From the NCBI GenBank assembly GCA_016432345.1, contig CP066685.1, forward strand, positions 496,236 through 560,235: 64,000 nucleotides of DNA, given 5' to 3'. Each line of letters begins with the position of its first letter. The first letter of the stretch is position 1. The DNA is from Candidatus Levyibacteriota bacterium (GTDB lineage: Bacteria > Patescibacteriota > Microgenomatia > Levybacterales > UBA12049). Shown here piece by piece: positions 53,192 through 64,000 of the stretch. Both the position numbers and the translations under genes were made by a program. The notes beneath the pieces were generated by a model. That model searched no databases. It saw nothing but the letters and a program-made list of their open reading frames with translations, and was not told the origin of the DNA.

Positions 53192-54288
53192 AAATTGCAT
53201 TTTTTCATGAATTACCGTTTGGGGGGGCGCATCGCGTGGTTGTAGAATACGGAAAAATACTTTCCAAAAACCACGATGTCGATGTGTTTTATGTGGACAG
53301 GGAGGAAGAAAAAAATCTGGAGTCGATTTTTAATAAGTCTTATTTTTTTCGGTTTTCCCAAAAAAGCGGTCGTGGGTGGTGGGGGACACGTTTGTATAAC
53401 GATACTTTAGGGCTTTTTTTCTTGTCTATTTTGCATTGGCGGATAGCTCGGTTAATTGACGAGCAGAAATACGATTTTGTTTTTGTGCATCCGTCAAAAT
53501 TTACCCAAGCCCCTTTTGTGTTGCGGTTTCTTAAAAGCCCAATCATATATTTTTGCCAAGAGCCGCTTAGACTAGCATACGATCCATTTATATCAAGACT
53601 TCCAGACGTTTCGCTGCCAAAAATGTTATATGAGAAATCTGTGCGTTTTATGAGAAAAGTTATTGATAGGTCAAATGTTGGATTTTGTGATTTTATTTTG
53701 GTAAATTCGTCTTTTTCTAAAAAAACTATACAGCAAGCATATGGTAAAGATGCAACAGTTTGTTATTTGGGCGTAGATGAGAATAATTTTAAACAAATAC
53801 CAAGTAAAAATGAATACGATGTACTTTTTGTTGGACAAAAAATAGCTGTTGAGGGGTATGATTTATTGGAAGAGGCGTTGTCTTATTTTCCCAAAAAAAT
53901 AAAAGTAAAAGTTATTGAAAGAAATTTACAGGGAGAGGGGATAGCAGATAGACAACTTGCAGAAGAAATAAATAGCGCAAAAATTGTTGTGGCTTTAAGT
54001 CGAAATGAACCATTTGGATTAACTGTTTTGGAGGCAATGGCCTGTGGCGCGCCGGTTGTTGCGGTAAAAGAAGGAGGATATATTGAGACAGTTATAGATG
54101 GGGAGACAGGATTTTTAATTGACAGAAATCCAAATGAGTTGTATGAAAAAATTAGTATACTTCTTGCAGATGGAAAGTTAAGAGAAAGATTTGGAGAATA
54201 TGGCAAGCATCATGTTTTACAAAATTGGACATGGGAAAAAAGTGTCGAGAGATTTTTAAAAATAATTTCGCAAGGAGGGGAAAAATAA
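53188..54288 (+). CDS. Glycosyltransferase family 1 (GT-B)
   Basis: The sequence shows VLFVGQK and SRNEPFGLTVLEAMACGAPVVA (E-x7-E region). Confidence 0.85.
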   Translation: MKIAFFHELPFGGAHRVVVEYGKILSKNHDVDVFYVDREEEKNLESIFNKSYFFRFSQKSGRGWWGTRLYNDTLGLFFLSILHWRIARLIDEQKYDFVFVHPSKFTQAPFVLRFLKSPIIYFCQEPLRLAYDPFISRLPDVSLPKMLYEKSVRFMRKVIDRSNVGFCDFILVNSSFSKKTIQQAYGKDATVCYLGVDENNFKQIPSKNEYDVLFVGQKIAVEGYDLLEEALSYFPKKIKVKVIERNLQGEGIADRQLAEEINSAKIVVALSRNEPFGLTVLEAMACGAPVVAVKEGGYIETVIDGETGFLIDRNPNELYEKISILLADGKLRERFGEYGKHHVLQNWTWEKSVERFLKIISQGGEK

Positions 54289-55088
54289 TTATTTCAATTA
54301 TTATTGTTCACTACAAAGTAGAAAAAGAGCTTTTTGATTGTTTAAATTCAATTGAAAAATCACAACAAAAAAGTATTTACGAAATTATTGTGATTGATAA
54401 CAATGAAGAGCCGACAATAAAATCAGAGCTTTCTAAAAAATTTCCTAATGTAATTTACATTAAGACAAATAAAAATATAGGTTTTGGAGCGGCCAATAAT
54501 CTTGGCGCAAAAGTGGCAAAAGGCGAATTTTTATTTTTTCTAAATCCCGATACAAAAGTTTTTCTTAATACAATTGATGCGTTGATTAATTTTTTAAAAA
54601 ATCATCACCATGCAGGAATTGTGGCGCCGCTTCTTCTTAATAAAAAATGTAATCCTTATTCATTACAAGGAAGTGCAGTGTTGACACCATTTCGGGCAAT
54701 TATGTGTTTGTCATTTATTCAAAAACTTTTCCCAGAAAATATAATATACAAAGAGTATTACCTTTTAGATTGGGATAAGAAGTTTATAAGAGAAGTTGAT
54801 GTGATTCCTGGGACAGCATTTCTTGTGAGGAAAAAAATCTTTGAAGAAGTCGGTGGGTTTGACGAGCGATTTTTTCTTTTTTTCGAAGAAAATGATTTGT
54901 GCATGCGTGTTAAAGAATTTGGATACAAAATATATATAACGCCAAATGCAAAAGTTATGCATCTGTGGGGTGAAAGCACCAAAAGTTTGCCAAATACAAA
55001 GGAAATATTTAAAAAAAGCAGAGAGTATTATTTTCAAAAGTACTTCGGTTTTTTCTGGGCATCTGTTGTTGAGCTATTTTGCAGATGA
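54225..55088 (+). CDS. Glycosyltransferase family 2
   Basis: The sequence shows ISIIIVHYK, VIDNN, GFGAANNLG and FLNPDT. The start is uncertain: TTG at 54225 or ATG at 54231 would overlap the upstream gene by about 60 nt. A strong AAGGAGG SD at 54272-54278 points instead to ATA at 54285 or ATT at 54288. Confidence 0.8.
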   Translation: MDMGKKCREIFKNNFARRGKIIISIIIVHYKVEKELFDCLNSIEKSQQKSIYEIIVIDNNEEPTIKSELSKKFPNVIYIKTNKNIGFGAANNLGAKVAKGEFLFFLNPDTKVFLNTIDALINFLKNHHHAGIVAPLLLNKKCNPYSLQGSAVLTPFRAIMCLSFIQKLFPENIIYKEYYLLDWDKKFIREVDVIPGTAFLVRKKIFEEVGGFDERFFLFFEENDLCMRVKEFGYKIYITPNAKVMHLWGESTKSLPNTKEIFKKSREYYFQKYFGFFWASVVELFCR

Positions 55089-55100
55089 TACAATATAGTT

Positions 55101-55850
55101 ATGATTAGCGCTGTTATTCTTACCAAAAACGAAGAGGAGAATATAGAGGTTTGTATAAAAGGACTTCGGTGGTGCAATGAGGTAATTGTTGTTGATGATA
55201 ATTCAACCGACAAAACAAGAGAAATTGCAGAAAAATTAGGCGCCAAAGTAATTGATCATAGTTTAAATAATAATTTTTCTGAAGCGCGGAATTATGGATT
55301 GGAACAGACAAAAGGGGAATGGGTTTTATTTGTTGATGCAGACGAGCGGATTTCGGATTCGTTAGCTTTCGAAATAGGCAGTATGCTTACCATGCAGGCG
55401 GTTGACGCATATGATGCATTTTACATAAGAAGGATAGATACGATATGGGGAAGACAGCTGTTGCATGGAGAAAATGGTATGGTAAAGTTTATTCGGTTGG
55501 CCAAAAAAACAAAAGGTGAATGGAAAGGGGCGGTGCATGAAACATGGCAAATAAAAGGAAGGGTCGGACAGTTGAAGAATCCTCTTTATCATTATCCGCA
55601 CCAGACAGTTTCGGAGTTTTTAACAGAAATAAATTATTATACTACCATTCGGGCGCAGGAATTATACAAAAAAAGAGTAAAAGTGCATGTGTGGGATATA
55701 ATTTTGTATCCAAAGGCAAAGTTTTTTGTTAATTATGTTTTAAAAAGAGGTTTTCTTGATGGTATGCCAGGATTAGTTGTTGCGATACTCATGAGTTTTC
55801 ATTCCTATCTTGTCCGCGGTAAATTGTGGTTGCTATGGCAGAAAAAATAG
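55101..55850 (+). CDS. Glycosyltransferase family 2 (WaaE/Kdo-core-type)
   Basis: The sequence shows ISAVILTKNEEENI, VVDDNSTDKT, RNYGL and FVDADE. Confidence 0.85.
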   Translation: MISAVILTKNEEENIEVCIKGLRWCNEVIVVDDNSTDKTREIAEKLGAKVIDHSLNNNFSEARNYGLEQTKGEWVLFVDADERISDSLAFEIGSMLTMQAVDAYDAFYIRRIDTIWGRQLLHGENGMVKFIRLAKKTKGEWKGAVHETWQIKGRVGQLKNPLYHYPHQTVSEFLTEINYYTTIRAQELYKKRVKVHVWDIILYPKAKFFVNYVLKRGFLDGMPGLVVAILMSFHSYLVRGKLWLLWQKK

Positions 55851-56962
55851 TTAAGGTTTTTTTCGTTTTTCTTCTTTTGTTGTTTCCACTGGGGGAGATT
55901 GCCCGTTTTGACCTGGGGAATAATATTGCAGTGCATGCTTTTGATATGGTAGCTGTTTTTGCGCTTTTTGCCAAAAAACTTCCAAAGTTTATTCTTTTTT
56001 TTGTGGTGACATTAATTGTTTCTCTTCTTGTTAATATTAATAATTACCAAACAAATGAATTAATTACTGCATCTTTTTATCTTTTAAGATGGGTTGGGTA
56101 CGCGGGACTCTATGTTGTTGTTTCTAATTTTGATAAACAGTTTAAAAATAAAATCATTCAACTTTTAGTTGGGGTCGGTGCAATAATAGTTGGGCTTGGG
56201 TACATACAGTATTTTTTGTATCCCAATCTTCGTAACTTGTATTATGCAGGGTGGGACGAACATTTATATAGAATGTTTAGTACATTTTTAGATCCGAATT
56301 TTGCCGGGGCATTTTTTGTGATGTATTTCATGTTTGTTTTGGGAAAGGCTTTAGAAAATGGACAAAGTAAATATTATTACACCATATTAGGTGTTTTAAC
56401 ACTGGAAGCAATTTTTCTGACCTACTCTCGGAGCGCATATATTATGTTTGGTGTTGCCCTAACGGTTTTTTTCTTGTTGAAAAAGCAAAAAAAGTTATTG
56501 TTTTGGTGGATACTGGGGCTTGTTTTATTATTGCCAGTTTTGTTTTTATTCTCGCCAAAATCTGAAGGGACAAATTTGTTACGGACAACTTCATCTAATG
56601 CCAGGGTTTTAGCAATGGATCAGGCAATAACCATTATTAAAGATAATCCAATTTTTGGCGTTGGGTTTAATGCCTATAGATACGAGCAAGAAAAGCGTGG
56701 GTATTTAGGGCAATCGACAAAAGAAAACCATGCGGGTGCTGGGACAGATAATAGCTTCTTGTTTGTTTTGGCGACAACGGGAGCAATTGGATTTAGCGCA
56801 TATTTTTATCTGTGGTATTCGATTGTCCGTAGACAAAAAAGTATTGTAGCGCTTTCATCAATTGCTGGGCTTTTTGTGAACGCATTTTTTATTAACAGTT
56901 TGTTTTATCCAATTATTATGGCGTGGATATGGATTTTAACAGGTATTACTGAGAACGAGTAA
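55826..56962 (+). CDS. O-antigen ligase/polymerase-like (Wzy_C) polytopic membrane protein
   Basis: It has about 10 TM helices with a central loop, LTYSRSAYIMFG...NHAGAGTDNSF, characteristic of the O-antigen ligase family. The start may be the ATG at 55835. Confidence 0.7.
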   Translation: MVAMAEKIVKVFFVFLLLLFPLGEIARFDLGNNIAVHAFDMVAVFALFAKKLPKFILFFVVTLIVSLLVNINNYQTNELITASFYLLRWVGYAGLYVVVSNFDKQFKNKIIQLLVGVGAIIVGLGYIQYFLYPNLRNLYYAGWDEHLYRMFSTFLDPNFAGAFFVMYFMFVLGKALENGQSKYYYTILGVLTLEAIFLTYSRSAYIMFGVALTVFFLLKKQKKLLFWWILGLVLLLPVLFLFSPKSEGTNLLRTTSSNARVLAMDQAITIIKDNPIFGVGFNAYRYEQEKRGYLGQSTKENHAGAGTDNSFLFVLATTGAIGFSAYFYLWYSIVRRQKSIVALSSIAGLFVNAFFINSLFYPIIMAWIWILTGITENE

Positions 56963-57668
56963 CAGTTATTTCTTTTTCGGTTTTATTACCTGCTTCGTCT
57001 GTGGCAATAACTTTAATTTTATTCTCTCCGTTTTGTAAAGGCAAATCATACGAAAACTTTCCCTCGTTATCTACAATTGCCCATAGGTCGTTTACTGTTA
57101 TTTGTGTGCCTGTATCTGTTTTGCCTTTTACAGTTACGGTTTTATCATCTTTTCCAAAAGATTGTTTGTCGTTTGGTGATTCAAGATTAAGCGCTGGAGC
57201 GTCTTTTTTAAATATAATTGTGTAAGAATTTGAGAAGTCGCTTTCTTGTTGTTTTGATGAAGGATCGTTTTGTATTGCTTTCGCCTGAATAAAATTTTCC
57301 CCTTGTTTGAGTTGGATATCTGCAAAAGAAAAAGTGTTTTTTTTGTCAACTTTTTTCTCGTCTTCTTTTTCTCCGTTAAGAAAAAGTTGTATGGTTTGGT
57401 TTTCTAAAGCGCTGCCGCTAATGGCGATTGTGGCGCTGTTTGTGGCGCTTGGCAGGGCATCCAAAACTGGCGGGGCAACATACACATTTTTTGGTTTTGC
57501 TACTTCTTGCGTGTCCTTTGCTCCTAGAAGGAAATATGAAACATTTGCTAAAAGCGGTATGCCAAACTTAGCAAGGAATCCTAAAACAGCAACAATTCCG
57601 ATAATGCTAAGTAGTATTGACTGTTTTGTTTGCCGTTCTACTCTTCTTGATAATCGTGATTGCGTCAT
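56946..57668 (-). CDS. Hypothetical membrane-anchored protein with Ig-like beta-sandwich repeats
   Basis: 240 aa with an N-terminal TM helix and two repeats of the type ...GENFIQAKA... and ...GENKIKVIATDEAGN... Confidence 0.55.
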   Translation of the reverse strand: MTQSRLSRRVERQTKQSILLSIIGIVAVLGFLAKFGIPLLANVSYFLLGAKDTQEVAKPKNVYVAPPVLDALPSATNSATIAISGSALENQTIQLFLNGEKEDEKKVDKKNTFSFADIQLKQGENFIQAKAIQNDPSSKQQESDFSNSYTIIFKKDAPALNLESPNDKQSFGKDDKTVTVKGKTDTGTQITVNDLWAIVDNEGKFSYDLPLQNGENKIKVIATDEAGNKTEKEITVTRSQ

Positions 57669-57690
57669 ATAGAATAGTATTACTTTATAA

Positions 57691-57763
57691 GCCGATGTAG
57701 CTCAGTTGGTAGAGCGGCGCTTTCGTAAAGCGTAGGTCGCAGGTTCGATCCCCGCCATCGGCT
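57691..57763 (+). tRNA. tRNA-Thr (anticodon CGT)
   Basis: Manual cloverleaf: acceptor GCCGATG/CATCGGC, D arm GCTC/GAGC, anticodon stem GCGCT/AGCGT with loop TTCGTAA, and T loop TTCGATC. There is one A-C mismatch in the T stem, and CCA is not encoded. Confidence 0.88.
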
Positions 57764-58386
57764 CACCTTTTTGTTTCGAGAAATTTTTTACCATGTCCGA
57801 CTGTAGTGTTGATAGGCACATTATTTTTACACAGTGGGCAATTAGCTTCATCATAATTTTGGGTAAATAATTCGTCTAAGGCATAAAATGGAATTCCCAT
57901 ACTTTCGGAATTAACGTTTTTTGGATCTCTATTAACCATTACTCCGACTGCTATAGCATATCCTCCATGTTCTTGCACGCTATTTATGACTTTTTTTACA
58001 GAGCCGCCGGTGGTTGTTAGGTCTTCCACAATCAAGACATTTTTGTCTTTTACAAATCTTTCGTAGCCGCGGGTAAAGATTTGATTTTTTTCCAGAGTTT
58101 TTTCGGTATATACGCCAAAAATCTTTTTATTTTTTAATTTTGATAAATGATATGCAGTCCATTGCGATAAAATTATTCCGCCTAAAGCCGGGCCAACAAC
58201 CACATCTATATCCATATCTTTAAATTTTTCTGCAAATAATTTTCCAACTTGGGACGCTTTATCGGTGTGAGGATACATGGCGTCTTTATTAATATAAATT
58301 GGCGAGTGTTTACCAGATGTTAAAACAAAATGATCGTTGGTAATTAGCGCACCGGTTTCTTTAAGTATGTCAAAAACAGTTTTCAT
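57763..58386 (-). CDS. pyrE: Orotate phosphoribosyltransferase
   Basis: It has the PRPP-binding motif VLIVEDLTTTGGS and a type I PRTase fold, and sits in pyr context. Confidence 0.85.
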   Translation of the reverse strand: MKTVFDILKETGALITNDHFVLTSGKHSPIYINKDAMYPHTDKASQVGKLFAEKFKDMDIDVVVGPALGGIILSQWTAYHLSKLKNKKIFGVYTEKTLEKNQIFTRGYERFVKDKNVLIVEDLTTTGGSVKKVINSVQEHGGYAIAVGVMVNRDPKNVNSESMGIPFYALDELFTQNYDEANCPLCKNNVPINTTVGHGKKFLETKR

Positions 58387-59180
58387 CGGTAGGAATTAAT
58401 TATATTGCGCATTTCGCAGGCTTTTTGGCAGGCTTTTTCCACAAAATCTGCATCTTTTCCTGCATATATTATTTCTCTTGAGCTATTGCAGATAAGATTA
58501 TTTCCATTTTTATCAATCCCTGCTGTTACGGCTTTTTCTATAGAGGCTCCTTGCGCTCCAATTCCGGCAGTTAAAATTGGACTCTTTGGAAATAGTGTTC
58601 TAACATTTTTAAGAGCTTCTGGATCTGTTGCGCCAACAAACAGCGCGATATTTGGAAACATCCATTTTTTTACTTCTTCCGCAGTATGTATATTTTCGAA
58701 AGTTGAGGCGTCTTTATTGGATGTTTTTATAATAATAATTGGCGATTTATCTTTGTACTCAAAAAATGGCTCAACAGAATCTTTCCCAAGAAACGGAAGA
58801 ATAGTTACGGCATCCGCGTCCCAATATTCAAACATCGCTTTGGCATACATTTTGGCGGTATTTGGTACATCGGCCCTTTTTGCATCAAGAATAATTGGAA
58901 TATGTCCAAAAGAAAAATGTAGATATTCAATAGTTTTTTTAAGTTGTTTAAGCGAGTCTAACCCATACGCTTCGTAAAATGCAATATTTAATTTGTAAGC
59001 GCAGACCACGTCTGCTGTAGCGTTGATAATTGATTTATTAAAGGTGAAAATTGGTTCTTTTTCCGCTTTTAAGTGTTGTGGGAGTTTTTCAAGATCGGTA
59101 TCCAGTCCAACACAAAGGAGGGAATTATTTTTCTTTGTTGCTTTGTCCAGTTTTTCCTGAAATTTAGTTTTTATTGTCAT
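58383..59180 (-). CDS. pyrF: Orotidine 5'-phosphate decarboxylase (long/type 2 form)
   Basis: The sequence shows LCVGLDTD and IILDAKRADVPNT (DxKxxD). Its start overlaps pyrE in an ATGA arrangement. Confidence 0.85.
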   Translation of the reverse strand: MTIKTKFQEKLDKATKKNNSLLCVGLDTDLEKLPQHLKAEKEPIFTFNKSIINATADVVCAYKLNIAFYEAYGLDSLKQLKKTIEYLHFSFGHIPIILDAKRADVPNTAKMYAKAMFEYWDADAVTILPFLGKDSVEPFFEYKDKSPIIIIKTSNKDASTFENIHTAEEVKKWMFPNIALFVGATDPEALKNVRTLFPKSPILTAGIGAQGASIEKAVTAGIDKNGNNLICNSSREIIYAGKDADFVEKACQKACEMRNIINSYR

Positions 59181-59188
59181 AGCAACCT

Positions 59189-60268
59189 CTATAAGGACAG
59201 TCCTTTAAAAATTTCGTGCGCAAGATATGGGTTCCACATGGCGGCTGTTGCAGATTGGACAACATCTGCGCCGGCTTTTCGGTACTCCAGATAATCATTT
59301 GGATTCATTACTCCGCCAACACCAACTATTTCGTATTTATAGCCATTTTTTTGACGGATAGTATTTAATTTGCGGGTCATTTCCAAACCAGCCCATTTAA
59401 TTCCTGCTCCGCCAACGCCGCTTCTTAGCCTATTTTTTCCCGGAAGAGCCTGTTTTCCTTGCTGGTCTACAACTTCAACTTGAAGCGTGTTGATGGCCGA
59501 GATGGCTTGGGCATACTCATTTGCGATTTCTGCCAGTACTTCGATATCTTTATCTAATTTATAGTGGCCGACTTTTAGAATAAGCGGGGTATTGCCAATT
59601 GCTTCTCGTATTGCTTCGCAGACTTTTTGGGTAACGTCCAGGCTGTAACAAACCAACCCTTCGTTGCCGATGTTTGGGCACGAAAGATTTGCCTCCAGCG
59701 CTTTTGCGCCGGTGTCGTTGGCTAATTTTGCGGTGAGGGCAAAGTCTTTTATAAAATCTTCTTGGGTTTGGTTTTCTTTAACTGTGCCCATAAAACTTAA
59801 GATCATTAGTTGCCCTTTTTTTGCATAAGCAACAGCTTTATGCGCGTCTGGCTGCCAGATATTTGGATTTTGCGATGGCACACCGAAAGAATTGGTGATA
59901 GTTATGTTTTTGACTGCTTTTTCTTTGCCGATATTTTTTATCACCACTTGTCGCAACTTTTCGGGATGAAGGTCGCCTTTTATATCAACCGAGACCACAT
60001 TGGGGAAGGGGTGAGAAGGGAAAAAAGCCGCCCGAACTGTTTTGTAGCATGAAACATCAAATCCCCATTCAAAAGCTGTTTTTATAAATTGGCTGTTTAA
60101 GAGTGGTCCAGCCGGAATACCAAAGGGAAGGTTGATATTAAAGCCTAAAAACTTGTATGTTTTTTTAATATCCCGTTGGGGTGGGGTGATATTTTGAGAA
60201 AGAATTGGCGGACCTTTGGCAAAGTTTTCATCAAAGGATATGTTTGGATCATAAAACGCTGGTTGCAT
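59189..60268 (-). CDS. pyrD: Dihydroorotate dehydrogenase-like flavoenzyme
   Basis: It has a TIM-barrel DHOD pattern (NLPFGIPAGPL, NLSCPN with Cys, GVGGV). The ATG at 60268 is preferred over the TTG at 60307, which would overlap atpC. Confidence 0.72.
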   Translation of the reverse strand: MQPAFYDPNISFDENFAKGPPILSQNITPPQRDIKKTYKFLGFNINLPFGIPAGPLLNSQFIKTAFEWGFDVSCYKTVRAAFFPSHPFPNVVSVDIKGDLHPEKLRQVVIKNIGKEKAVKNITITNSFGVPSQNPNIWQPDAHKAVAYAKKGQLMILSFMGTVKENQTQEDFIKDFALTAKLANDTGAKALEANLSCPNIGNEGLVCYSLDVTQKVCEAIREAIGNTPLILKVGHYKLDKDIEVLAEIANEYAQAISAINTLQVEVVDQQGKQALPGKNRLRSGVGGAGIKWAGLEMTRKLNTIRQKNGYKYEIVGVGGVMNPNDYLEYRKAGADVVQSATAAMWNPYLAHEIFKGLSL

Positions 60269-60278
60269 TATATCATTA

Positions 60279-62954
<2,676 letters not shown>

Positions 62955-62970
<16 letters not shown>

Positions 62971-64000
62971 ACTTTTTTGAAATCCTCCAGCGTTTTTTTT
63001 AAAAGTTTAGTTGTTTCTTCGTTAATTTTATTTCCTGTGCTTAGTTCTTCCAGTACTTTTGCTTTGTGTGTTTTTGTGTATTCATGAAGTTCTTTTTCGA
63101 ATCTTTGCACCTGTTCAACTGGCACATCGTCCAAAAAGCCATTACTTACAGCCCAAAGACTTAATACTTCTAAACTTTCTGGAAGTGGCTGGTATTGCGG
63201 CTGTTTTAAAATTTCAGTCATCCGTTTACCTTTTTCCAGTTGTTTTTGAGTGGCGGCATCTAATTCACTGCCAAATTGAGCAAAGGCTGCTAATTCTCGG
63301 TATTGAGCTAGTTCGAGACGCATTTTTCCAGAAACAGATTTCATGGTGCCAGATTGAGCGGCCCCGCCGACCCGAGAAACAGAATTACCAACATTAATAG
63401 CAGGTCGAATACCAATATTAAATAAATCTCCCTGCAAAAAAATCTGCCCGTCGGTAATGGAAATAACATTGGTTGGGATGTAAGCTGAAATATCACCAGC
63501 CTGGGTTTCGATAATGGGAAGAGCGGTAATCGAACCATCGCCGTTTTTTTTGTTTAATCTTACAGCGCGTTCAAGTAATCTACTATGCAAGTAAAAAATA
63601 TCACCAGGATAAGCCTCGCGGCCAGCGGGACGACGTAGCACTAAAGACAATTGACGATATGCCCAGGCGTGTTTGGTAAGATCGTCATAGACCACTAGCA
63701 CATCTTCGCCTTTTTCCATAAAGTATTCGGCTATAGCTGCGCCAGCATAAGGAGCTAAGTATTGCAAAGCCGCCGGATCAGGCGCATTGGCCGCCACAAT
63801 TATAGTGTATGAATCTGCGTTTTCTTCTTTGAGTCTGTTGATAATTTGGGCAACAGTTGATTGCTTTTGACCAATTGCCACATAGACGCAGATAACACCT
63901 TTGGTGCGTGGAGCGTGGCTCGTGGATTTTTCGTGGGTAGATCGTTGATTAATAATAGTGTCAATGGCAATAGCTGTTTTGCCCAAACCTCGATCTCCGA
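62955..64000 (-). CDS. atpA: F1 ATP synthase alpha subunit, 5' end beyond the window
   Basis: The reading frame is open to nt 64000. The P-loop GDRGLGKT lies at the edge, the Leu of GLGK being the TTG mis-called as a start in the ORF track. It contains a 12-aa insert directly after the P-loop helix (63902-63936). Confidence 0.95.
63902..63936 (-). repeat. Degenerate GC-rich period-7 segment (plus strand TGGTGCG TGGAGCG TGGCTCG TGGATTT TTCGTGG) in atpA
   Basis: There are three clear TGGNNCG units plus two decayed units. It encodes most of a 12-aa (36-nt) insert, [12 protein letters not shown], relative to E. coli and B. subtilis alpha subunits (INQ-x5-ICIYV). It is locally much more GC-rich than its flanks. 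Confidence 0.7.

Noticed and set aside
58405-58977. 190-aa ORF on the plus strand
   Set aside because: It is antisense to pyrF, which carries the DxKxxD motif on the minus strand.

Overview
Low-GC (roughly 35-40% by eye), very tightly packed bacterial chromosome segment. There are many 4-nt ATGA start/stop overlaps and the standard genetic code fits. No rRNA, CRISPR array, transposase or integrase was seen. Gene content and architecture suggest a Patescibacteria/CPR (Microgenomates-like) genome; this is inference only. Layout: (1) 1-5.7 kb, a surface-polysaccharide module with two GT1 glycosyltransferases, a sugar-1-P nucleotidyltransferase, an initiating sugar phosphotransferase and a DUF4012 protein. 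(2) recO and glyQS. (3) 8.2-30.8 kb, an expanded dcw/peptidoglycan super-cluster in one orientation, preceded by a textbook MraZ operator: mraZ-rsmH-ftsL-ftsI-murE-murC-murB-murA-glmU-like-HAD-glmS-hydrolase-murF-DegT-FemAB-mraY-ftsW-murG-ftsQ-ftsA-ftsZ. (4) A GT39-like membrane glycosyltransferase, two small membrane proteins, ileS, rodA, rplU, rpmA, parB, lepB and tRNA-Val. (5) A TPP-riboswitch-controlled ThiXYZ-like ABC importer plus an alpha/beta hydrolase, next to thiamine pyrophosphokinase. (6) A sigma-70 gene broken by a 1-nt frameshift. (7) A 1062-aa surface protein and a second polysaccharide locus (methyltransferase, GT1/GT2 enzymes, flippase, O-antigen-ligase-like protein). (8) tRNA-Thr, pyrE-pyrF-pyrD and atpC-D-G-A, with atpA running off the window. 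The most unusual signal is a dispersed family of about 35-nt, period-7 tandem-repeat cassettes (about 5 copies of a heptanucleotide) embedded in frame inside coding genes. They are perfect in accessory glycosyltransferase genes and interrupted or degenerate in essential genes (murG, ileS twice, atpA, and possibly the murC/murB junction). The same or near-identical units recur in unrelated genes. A 35-bp ectopic copy of the ileS 5' coding sequence lies about 1 kb upstream of ileS.
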